A DNA stretch of 61,120 bases, counting the filler, from Nemertoderma westbladi (lineage: Eukaryota; Animalia; Xenacoelomorpha), in assembly GCA_032718475.1 (NCBI GenBank). It is 3 parts of 3 records of this genome, joined end to end, with 100 filler letters (N's around TTAATTAATTAA, not from the genome) between each part and the next. Parts side by side here need not be neighbours in the genome. Positions count along the whole stretch, not along the records: positions 25,017 to 53,123 come from JAUCBJ010000183.1; positions 53,224 to 61,120 come from JAUCBJ010003701.1; 1 more part is not named here. One strand, written 5' to 3'. Position numbers and translations under genes: made by a program. Under the pieces are notes generated by a model. The model saw only the letters and a program-made list of their open reading frames with translations, ran no database searches and was not told the DNA's origin. Below, in pieces: positions 51,148 to 61,120 of this stretch; positions within the stretch are counted from its first letter, which is position 1; every line of letters begins with the position of its first letter.

Positions 51148-51670
51148 GGGTCCCGTAAAGGTCGTGGGACCATGGAGACTATTCTGGCATAATTAGGAGT
51201 TATCAATAAAGAAAGATAGACAACTGGCTATTATCTTTGTTGACTTATTTAAAGCGCGCCACGTATGCACGCATATATCAATCAGATCACTGTACGATGG
51301 TTCCACCACGTTTGTCTCTACTGCTGATGGTGACCCATTCGAATTCTTATGGGGAGTCCTTCAGGGTGACTTAACACTTGCACTATTCTTATTCGTAATT
51401 GTGGTTGATTATGTCCTTAGACCATCTTAATAAAGATGGGGTGATGGTAACACCCCCTACTGCCACAAGTAGTAGAGGAAATCCACCATAGTACCTCACT
51501 GATCTAGACTTTGCTGATGACTTAGGGGTACTGTCAGAATCACTAGAAGGGTGCCAAAGCCTCATCGGCTCATTGGAGCAGGTTGCTTCTAGTGTTGGTC
51601 TTTTTGTAAACTCCAAGAAGACCAAAATCATGACAGTCAACCTAGACAGTCCTCAAGAAATGTCTGATCG
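51148..51670 (+). mobile_element. Degraded internal RTE RT fragment
   Basis: CCGTAAAGGTCGTGGGACCATGGAG, WGVLQGD and DLDFADDLG, homologous to 17427-18020 with deletions. Confidence 0.85.
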
Positions 51671-53123
51671 TTACAGGTGGTACTGTACCATAAAGCTGCA
51701 AGGGGGCCCCCTACAATAGCTACGCATCGCAAATCGCTACTGTAATACAGTAGTGTCATATTTCATTGGGGTTCGATTAATATTATTACTTTTTTGTACG
51801 TCGCTCCACCCGATATTCTCTAGCTATAATTTATATATTTACCTTAAGAAATGTAGTGAAAATTAAATTGATTTAGCTATGGCAAGTACGTTCCCTGGGA
51901 GCGTTCATTTAGTATTAAAACTCGCTACATGTTTTATCCATAAAATTAACTTTATCTTCTCGTTAAATTTAATTATTTTCCTCAAAAATATATTTATTCT
52001 CCGTAATAATTCGTGATATTACACTTGACAATAATCGTCAAGTAATTATTATTAATATGTAATTATTACACATAATGTCGTCTCGCTAGCGATTGGATAC
52101 ACTTTCTGGAAGGGCGGATACAAGGAGAATAAATCATTTTTTTGATCTATTTGTAGGTTTTAGTTTAGAATTTAGGTTGTAGTTTAGAATAAATTTATTT
52201 TTTTCTACTTTTAGGGGTAATAAATAAATATTTTCTCGTACATTTAGGGAGAATAGATTAATTTTCTCTAGTAAGTTTTATTATTAAATGTCATTAAAGG
52301 ATTTGATTATTAGTGGTTCAGGAATCAACGTTTTAAATTTTTGTACATAAAGATAAAAAGCAAGTTGCTGAAACATTCGTGCAACTACCAACCAACCCTG
52401 ATGCCACAAATTAGTCACCTGACACCCCACCCCATCCCCAAATCACTTTTTGAATGGTATAAAGATGTCGCCCTAAGTTTAAACAATGCTTGCACTACCA
52501 GCGTGTAGTAAATTAATGATTAACTTTCGGATAAAATTCCCTTTAATACCTTATTATTTGTTGACATATATCTAGATTAGGTACTGTTTAACCTATATTT
52601 TAATGTTTACCCTTTAGTTAACAAGTGTGCAGAGTTTATATATATAGACTACAACAACAAATATATTATCATCTGGTTTTTCCTGGAATGCGTGTATTTC
52701 CAGTTATTTACAGATGAACAATGTAGCATGTAGTCTCCGTCAGTAATCCCGACGTATCAAAGTATAATATAAAAATAAATATACAGTGCAAAGTATATAG
52801 AAATATTACACTAAAATTCAAGTAAGTCGTATTGTTCCTAAGTCGTATTAATCAACTAATCGTCGCATATCATACATACAATTTTTAAGTAACATGTTCG
52901 TGGGGAGTTCGTGTAGCACGAGACTTAGTTGTAAGACACAAATTAAAAAAATTGTGCGATTATATCACAAAAACTGTATTTGAATGGGAGAATCTTTTAG
53001 GCCCGTTAAGCCAAGGAATGCCAGTACCTGCTCATCACCACGAGTGATCTTCCACAGTACACCCTTCCATTATGTTTCCTAAAGGAATGCCTGTTCACCA
53101 CCATGGGTGATCTTCCACAGTAC

Positions 53124-53223
53124 NNNNNNNNNNNNNNNNNNNNNNNNNNNNNNNNNNNNNNNNNNNNTTAATTAATTAANNNNNNNNNNNNNNNNNNNNN
53201 NNNNNNNNNNNNNNNNNNNNNNN
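53124..53223. other. Assembly gap: N44-TTAATTAATTAA-N44 linker
   Basis: Same 100-nt structure as 24917-25016; flanked by inverted copies of a GATCTTCCACAGTA-containing repeat. Confidence 0.97.
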
Positions 53224-53659
53224 GACTAAAGGTGATTTATTATCTAGAAGACATCCTAATTTGGCGGGTTAAACTGCCAAAGGTCTGAAAGCGCGAACAA
53301 TTCCTTTGGGAAAGAGTGGAAGGGTTTACTGTGGAAGATCACCCATGGTGGTGAAGATCACATATTTATATTTTGTACCTAATTTCCATATCTGAATTTA
53401 TTTATCTACATTGTATTGATGCTACAGTAACTCAATCTGTACTAGTATTTACACATGTCTGGTTGTGCTATTTTATGTAGTAGTACTATGTACCACCCTT
53501 CGGAGTGTGTATGAAATTAAATTAAATTAAATTAAATTAAAGGAGGCGTGGGCGTGCGTGGGGGGGGGGGGGGGGGGGGGGGGGGGTTACTGGAAAATAA
53601 GTAACATTTAAATTTCCAATTACACAGGCATCTAATTAACTATTACGTATATGTTCTAG

Positions 53660-53849
53660 AGAATTCACGTTGCCATGTCGTTCATAAAATCGAACAAGTT
53701 GCGACTAATAGGCGCAGATCAACGGCTGCTGAAAGCGACCGGGCAGACGTTGACTACGGAATGGGGCCGCGGTAACCAAGGGAGTGAGCTCTACGTCACA
53801 GAGTCAGTCACCGAGTACCGGCTTACCGGTCAACCTTGGGCTTGTGTCG
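53660..53849 (+). CDS. Penultimate exon of an uncharacterised tandem-domain protein (not in the ORF track)
   Basis: TTCTAG| ... |GTTAGT, phase 1 end; RIHVAMSFIKSNKLRLIGADQRLLKATGQTLTTEWGRGNQGSELYVTESVTEYRLTGQPWACVG parallels the repeat in the next exon. Confidence 0.75.
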
Positions 53850-54099
53850 GTTAGTGTTACTTTCAGTTTCACTTCCTATATGCCGGTATGTCATTATCAC
53901 AACGTTTTTCCCATTAAGAAAACTACGATTTAAAATTTAAATTAAGTTTTGAATAATTAAAAAACCGTAAAGGTGTTTTCACGGTATTTCTTGAATAACT
54001 GTCTTATCTTCGTTGGGTCAATAAAATATATTTCAAAAGCATAGGGTAATTAAATTCTACTTTTTTGCTCCACACAATAAAAAAAATATTGGTTTACAG

Positions 54100-54638
54100 G
54101 TACCCAGGCTATAGATAGCAGAATTCTTGTAAACCAACTACTGGAATCATTTAGCTCTAAAGGTTGGAACCCGACGGTAACCATCGATATTGCGAAACCA
54201 ATGAACAACCGAAGTATGCTGGTTCTAGAACAAGGGGGAGATAAGCACTACCAGTACATGTGTCTGAGTCCAGTTGATTCCAACATTATCCGTATCATTA
54301 ACGGACCCAAAGAGGTCTACGATATAGTTCGATCAACCCTCATTCTACATCTAGGAGAAGACGCCATAGAATACGAGAAAAACTTTGGCAAAAGTTACGA
54401 GTTCAAATTAAAGTTTAACATTTGGTCACCGGAAAGCAACTCGAACATAAACGACAGAATTAAAAGCGCTTTAGTTTATATCTTTCAACGGCTGGATCTT
54501 GAGGGTTGGAACGTCGCCATGGCAGCAGACGTGTGCACTCAACTGATGGTGATGGAGGACGGGCTCACAGAACGGCCCTCCAACCCACAGAGTCTCTGGT
54601 TTAGGGGTCGCAAGTTTTACATAGGGGAGGATGAGTGA
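54100..54638 (+). CDS. Terminal coding exon of the same protein
   Basis: TTTACAG| phase 1, in frame with ORF 54201-54638; SRILVNQLLESFSSKGWNPTVTID ... CLSPVDSNIIRIINGP...YEFKLKFNIW...LEGWNVAMAADV; TGA at 54636-54638. Confidence 0.8.
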
Positions 54639-55185
54639 ATGAAACTTATAACTAAACTACTAGCTAGTAGTGAATTTATTAGCTTGGGTACCCCAAACTA
54701 TTCATTATTACTGACACGATCAATGTTACGTAATCAATTGAAATTAGTACGCTTTTGCTGTTATTTTACGTTATAGTTTATTTCCAAATTGCTTTTTTTT
54801 GCGTGGTTGAAGAATCTATTTCAGGATTAAAATTACAGCTTAATAATTTCTTCTAAATATTTTATCTGTATTTCCATACAATATGACATTGACAAGTCAT
54901 TTTTTGACAATGTTAGTTGTAGGTTGGGAATAATATTCAGTTCTCACAAAGTATCGGGAATTTCTAGTCGCAACCGATATCAGGATAAGCAAGATCAATG
55001 AAATGACACCCCCCCCCCCCCCCCCCCCCCGTGGCATATTTACATACCCCATTCAGTCTCGGAACTGGCAATGCAAGTCAACCTAAAGTAGGAACCAATC
55101 AGAGACCAGCAGATAATAAATAACTCTATTGCTGAGACGGTATGGGGTTTGGGAATACGCCACTTCCAAACCCTATGTATGGTGG

Positions 55186-55478
55186 CACAGAAGGGCCACT
55201 GAGGCAAAATTTTTTATATTTTGCTTAAAACGAATATTAAGAACCAAAAAAGTGTTAAACTTCGTATTACAAACTTTAAGACCAAATAAAAGGTCTTAAA
55301 CTTCGTATTGCGAACTTTAAGTTTAATACATTTTTTGGTCTTAAACTTCGTATTACGAAGTTTAAGACCTTTTATTTCGTCTTAAAGTTCGTAAAAGGAA
55401 CATTAAGACATATTTTTTGGTCTTAAAATTCGTTTCAAGCAAAATATAAAAAAATATTACCTAAGCGGCCCTTCAGTG
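55186..55478. mobile_element. Palindromic MITE with internal TTAAACTTCGTATT repeats
   Basis: CACAGAAGGGCCACTGAGG...TATATTTTGCTT vs AAGCAAAATATA...CCTAAGCGGCCCTTCAGTG. Confidence 0.75.
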
Positions 55479-56429
55479 CGACCACACTGTATGCGAACTC
55501 GGCACTTTATTAATCGGCATTCTACCTTAATAATAATAATAATAATAATAATAAATACAATGATAATAGGAATTGATGAATTCCTGATTTTGATCATATC
55601 ACAGAATTCTATCAATGACCCTGTTGCTAAGAGTCAAAAATATCGAAATATCACTCCTGATAATATTTATTTTACCTGTGTGGGAATGGAACCGGAGTTG
55701 GCAGTGGGAAGGACCATAAACTGGACTTAAATTCTAGTAGGGAGGAGTTGTTTGAGGAATTTTATGATTTGTTTTTAAGTGGAAAATAAATGACAAAATT
55801 TATAATAATCGTTTCCGTGTAAATTCCTTCCTATACCATATCAATATGTCCCATATATTACATCAAAAAACTGTCTATTTACATTTTCAAATTAATTTTT
55901 GATATAAAATAACGGTTTTCAGTTGACCATATGCAACAGTTTTGTCGTATCACGTTGTTATTAACAGGAAAAAAACAATTAGTTCCACTTTTCACGGCAA
56001 AGTTTCCCAGAAAGTGAAACTTTATGTTGTCACTATAAAAAATTTATTTTTAATGACAGAATTTTTAATTTTTTTCTCACCAGAAAACTTTCCACTTCGA
56101 TCTGATATATCTTGCCGGACACCTCAATACCACCATTAAACGACTGTCCTACTTCAAATATCCAAGAATATGGACATAAAGTACAACAAAAATATTTATA
56201 AATTTCCCATCCGTGACAAAAAATTTTCTCAATTTTTGCATTCCGGAACGATTCTCTCAATAACGGCCAAGAAATAATTTTTGTGGCACTTTCTGGTTTC
56301 ATATGCAGAAATTATCGCTCTTTCTAACCATCATTATGGCAAATTCTCAAAGTTAATTTCAAAATTCAACAAATTTCAAAAATCACGTACGGAACATTGG
56401 TCAATATGGTTGGCATTGACCCATATAGT

Positions 56430-57980
56430 CCAATCAAAATAGGCGAAAAAAGGCTCAACCTCGGAAAAATTGCAACAAAATTTAATTTAATATTTTCTAG
56501 GCCCAAAATGTAAGCTTGATTGGTTAAATAGACCATTTCACCATGGCAATAGAAAGTCGTATGTAATTCACCCCTTACCTATAATCCTACGGAATTCTAA
56601 CCTTGACCTACCCCACCATATTCACTATCGGAGAATCCGATCGAGCACTTTTTTGAAACTCGGTTACCACTTACCATGACAACTGTGAGAAATACATCGT
56701 CAAACTTAATTGTACAGTGAATTAATTAAATTTTGGAAACGTATCCGTATTGCGTGTACCCAATGTTGCAAAACTAGGAAACATTGGAATTATATTGTCT
56801 TTAAGCATAATTGTTTTTTTTTGTAGATTCGGCATTGAAGTGGAATAGCAGTTGGCCTGTAACCTAGGTAATAAGAAAATAATATCACCCATAACACTTC
56901 ACTTTAAATCTGGTTACTATGTATCATTTTAAAAAGAAACCAATTTAGGATCAAGTACCTCACATGTTGCTATGTTCAGACCATAATTTGCCAGCTAATC
57001 ATGTCCTTTCTTGCTGCCATGGCAACCAAAAATCTTTTTTAATACATGAAAATTCCTTCGGAAACATTTTATATGTTCTTCAAATGCATATCAATCAATA
57101 TGTTACATGTCAACATTCATGATCACAAGCGAAGTCATTATTCTGTTTTTACCATAACAACAGGCATATTTTAGTACAGTATTTATGTAGTTTTAGTAAC
57201 ATATTTCGTATTTTATTGACATTAGCAGTTAATCATATTAAAGATTATTGAATAAAATTGTGAGGAGTCTGCTACAGCTATTTTATTTAACAAAGTCTTG
57301 AATTTTGACCATAGCAACGGGAGTTTTGATCCTAATTTGGGAGTGACTTGTTAAAATTTCTCAAAAATTTGTTTAATGTACATTTCAGGATTCTGTAGCA
57401 TGAGACGCTTTAGAAAATTATAAAAATAATTTTCAAATTACCTTAATATACTTAGCAACGGAAGTTTTCCTTAGCAACAACCTGAGTCTTTTAGTACCAA
57501 CCTTCGCGTTTTTCAAAGTGATAACATGTTTAAGTAAAAGTGCTGTAGTAAGTTCTCCTTGGCAAAGTTGAAATTTATAATAGCAACAGCGAGTTACCTT
57601 AGTAACGAGTGTTACCATGGTAAAGACAATACAGTACTAAGTATTGAGAAAGCTCGAAATCAACGATGAGTCATACTTATTTATGACGAGTTTTCTATAG
57701 AAATATCGGGTTTGCAATGCTTTATTTAAAGTGCCCGATCGGATTCTCCGATAGTGAATATGGTGGGGTAGGTCAAGGTTAGAATTCCGTAGGATTATAG
57801 GTAAGGGGTGAATTCACATACGACTTTCTGTTGACATGGTAAAATTGTCTATTTAAACAAGTTCCAACAACCCGATTTTGGATATGTTGATATGCATAAT
57901 ATTTGGGCCTAGAGAATTTTAAATTAATTCTGTTGCAATTTGTCCGAGGTTGAGCCTTTTTTCGCCTATTTCGATTGAAT
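56430..57980. mobile_element. Non-autonomous DNA element with ~220-250-bp inverted arms
   Basis: 56431-56652 is the reverse complement of ~57728-57978 (e.g. CACCCCTTACCTATAATCCTACGGAATTCTAACCTTGACCTACCCCACC). True termini may lie further out. Confidence 0.8.
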
Positions 57981-58399
57981 ATTAGGTAGGAAACTATGTA
58001 GGGATATATATTAGGGATATCGGTTGTTTCAAAAAAATGTATTACATTTTTGACAATGATTACTCAAAGAGCTTAGACAAATTCGAATATTAGGTTTTAA
58101 AAATATAAATCAAATCTCCCCCTATCATAATAAACAACAATAATTCTACCTCCTGATTCGTTGTTTCGAATTGTATCATCATGTTCCGCTGACTTTTCCC
58201 TGAAATTTCAAGAAAAAATGAAATTCCAATGACTATTCCAGGCATTCCAGGTGAGTGGCAACCCTATAAATATATCAGTTATACGTGGGAGCATGGCCTT
58301 CTATGTGTGTTAATCGGATTCAGAATACATTTTAACATAAAGAAGTACAGCAATCTCCGTTTCGGCAAAAATAGCATTATAGGTGGTTTCAAAATGGAA

Positions 58400-60797
58400 C
58401 CGACGATGATTCTGAAAAAGAGCTGGCAAATAGGTTTGGGAATTATTTCGAAAATGAAATTCGGAACATCAGGAATGAGCTCACTGAGCTTGGATTGCTC
58501 CCACCACTCCCGACTCCTCCGGGGTTGGTGAACCCACTCCCGACTCCTCCGAGGTTGTTGAACCCGCTCCCGATTCCTCCGAGGTTGTTGAACCCGCTCA
58601 CGACTCCTCCGAGGTTGGTGTACCCGCTCCCGACTCCTCCGAGGTTAGTGAACCCGTTCCCGACTCCTCCGACGTTGGTGAACCCGCTCCCGACTCCTCC
58701 GAGGTTGGTGAACCCGCTCCCGACTCCTCCGAGGTTGGTGAACCCGCTCCTGAATCCTCCGAGTTTGGTGAACCCGTTCACGACTCCTCCAAGCTGGGTG
58801 AACCCGCTCCAGACTCCTCTGAGGTTGGTGAACCTGATGCCGACTCCTCCGACTTTGGAGAACCCGCTCACGACTCCTCCGAGGTGGGTGAACCGGCTTC
58901 AGACACCTCCGACGTTGGTGAACCCGCTCCCGACTCCTCCGAGGTTGGTGAACCCACTCCAGACTCCTCCGAGGTGGGTGAATCTCGGAGAACCTCGGAT
59001 TATAACACCCCTCCCAAGCTGGACAAATTCGAAGACATAACCACTGAGGATGCAGCCAAATCAAAATCAAAAACAAGTCCACGAGATCCTATACCAACAC
59101 GTCTGTTGAAAATGGCGATGGCTCCCCTTCTTATAGTCATAACGTTGATAATCAATCTCTCATTGCGATTAGGAACAGTGCCCAGTGTTTTTAAGTCAGC
59201 AGTCCTCTCACCAATCCTAAAGAAGGCACGTTTAAATCCTGAGTTACTTAAGAACTTTAGACCCATATCAAACTTGTTATATATTTCTAAGCTGCGTAGA
59301 AAAAGTAGTTGCAAAGCAATTAACGACACATATGAATCGTAACAGTCTTGACAAGGAAATGCAAAGTGCATATAAACAGTTCCATGGTACTGAAACAGCT
59401 TTACTTAATGTTATGGATGATATACTACGTGGTATTGATGGCGGTTCTTTATGTCTGTTTATTGCCTTAGATCTGAGTGCTGCATTTGATACAGTAGAAC
59501 ATTCTAAATTACTTGAAGTTCTAGAGCATAAAATTGGTGTCAAAGGCCCTGCACTGGCATGGTTCCATTCTTATTTGAAAGATCGCACACAACAGGTACG
59601 TCGTATTGGTGAATCATTCTCAAATATACTCGAATTAAGGTATGGTGTTCCACAGGGATCGGTGCTTGGGCCACTGCTGTTCAGAATTTACACTTTACTC
59701 TTTCGGAGGTCATCAGGCAGCATGGGTTCAAATGTCATTTCTACGCTGATGACACCCAGCTATACATAATAATCAAACGGAACGAAATATCAAACGCAGT
59801 GGAACTCTCTGAAAAATGTCTCGCTGATATCCGTATCTGGATGATGGTTGAACTTCCTGAAACTAAATACAGACAAGACTGAGATCCTCCTGCTCCAGTC
59901 GACATTTGGTGCTCAGGTTAATGTAAAATCAATCCATATCGGCAACGACAATGTTGCATGTAGTTCCTCTGCAAAGAATATTGGATTAATTATGGATTCG
60001 CATCTAACCCTTGAAAAACAGATAGGAGTGGTTGTTAGGGAATCTTTCTTCCATTTGCGTAATTTAGCACGAATTAAACGTTACCTAAGCAAAGATTCAC
60101 TTGAGATATTAATTTATTGCTTTATTACTAACAAGCTAGATATAAATAACTCACTTTATTTTGGATTGTCCGCTAAAACATTGAAAAGGCTCCAATACGT
60201 ACAAAATTCCGCAGCTCGGTTACTGTGCGGTGTCAAGAAACATGACCACATTACACCAACATTACGAGATCTCCACTGGTAACCGATATGTCGTAGAATA
60301 GAGTTTAAGATTGCAACGATAACCTTCAAATGCCGTCATGGTACAGCACCAAGTTACCTGCGTAATCGGCTTACATTGTACAATCCCACGCGCGAACTGC
60401 GTTCTACAGACAAGGGTCTACTTGTAATCCCACGCTACCGCCTGGAACATTATGGTAAGCGAGCATTCTCAGTATCTGCCCCGACCATTTGGAAAGCGCT
60501 ACATGATGACATACGAAACGCTGAACTCCATTGGGATATTCAAAGCGAAACTCAAAACATATCTTTACAGGCAGGAATACCACAACGCAACAACCAATTG
60601 AATTATTGATGCCATCACTACTCTGTGCAAATATTATTTTTTAAAGAACTTTAACTCATTTATCGTTTAAGTATTTTTTAGAATGTTGTTTTATTATGTA
60701 CATGCAGGATATCTGTTTTTTACTTTTTACTTCTGGCGCCCTGTTTAAAGTTCATAGAAAGGCGCGATATAAATATAAATATTATTATTATTATTAT
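58400..60797 (+). mobile_element. L2-clade LINE, 5'-truncated, frameshifted, (TAT)n tail
   Basis: ELANRFGNYF, RDPIPT, NFRPISNL, LDLSAAFDTVEH, GVPQGSVLGPLLF, FYADDTQ, LKLNTDKTE, HDHITPTLRDLHW; tail AGGCGCGATATAAAT...TATTATTAT. Confidence 0.92.
58491..58982. repeat. 30-bp minisatellite (GAGGTTGGTGAACCCGCTCCCGACTCCTCC)n, ~16 units, inside the L2 ORF
   Basis: Directly visible with exact 30-nt period. Confidence 0.95.
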
Positions 60798-61120
60798 AGT
60801 AGATGTTTTGTAGTTATATTTGTAATATCAGCCGCTTTATTGCCTTTGTGTAACTTTTTAATTGCTTCTTGTATTTTTTAGTGGGTGTTGTTAATTTACA
60901 GTCAGCGATAGACGTTGGTACATGTTTGATTGTTTCTATGTTTGGATTATTAGTGTTTGTGTTTCTCGGATTTTGTATTTCTTTACCTTTTTCAAGGTCA
61001 GTTTGTTGGGGTTGTGATTGTGTGTAGAAGTTTTTGTTGTGGTTAAAAATAACTTATTTCCATTCTGCTCCGTAACGTCTTGTGGTTTTTTCTTATCGAG
61101 ATTTATTTGGGTTGTGTTTA

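Noticed and set aside
58443-59082. Gly-rich (GGVGSGFTNL)n and Pro-rich (PLPTPPRLVN)n ORFs as structural proteins
   Set aside because: Alternative frames of the 30-bp repeat inside an L2 element.

Overview
AT-rich, repeat-dense animal (invertebrate-like) genomic scaffold with two 100-nt assembly gaps. Host genes: (1) a complete three-exon insulin-like peptide gene on the minus strand (TATA/Inr promoter near 38.1 kb; CDS 35325-35106 + 34582-34377) encoding a 141-aa precursor with 10 rather than 6 cysteines; (2) an intronless, GC-rich Wee1 kinase (47313-48917); (3) two exons of a LamG/ConA-like domain gene (15245-15922, 21449-~21613); (4) two spliced exons of an uncharacterised tandem-domain protein (53660-53849, 54100-54638). 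The rest is mostly transposons: about nine fragments of one RTE-clade LINE family with (TAG)n tails, CR1/Crack-, Rex1/Babar- and L2-type LINE remnants, a Harbinger element with TIRs and a TSD, a Penelope GIY-YIG remnant, a probable long LTR, several MITE/foldback palindromes, and 19-, 9-, 30-, 21- and 35-bp tandem arrays. The most unusual non-coding signal is a ~100-nt Pol III-like (A box/B box/oligo-T) panhandle RNA at 30195-30302 whose centre folds as a degenerate type I hammerhead ribozyme. All calls come from reading the sequence by eye; no database search or folding program was run.
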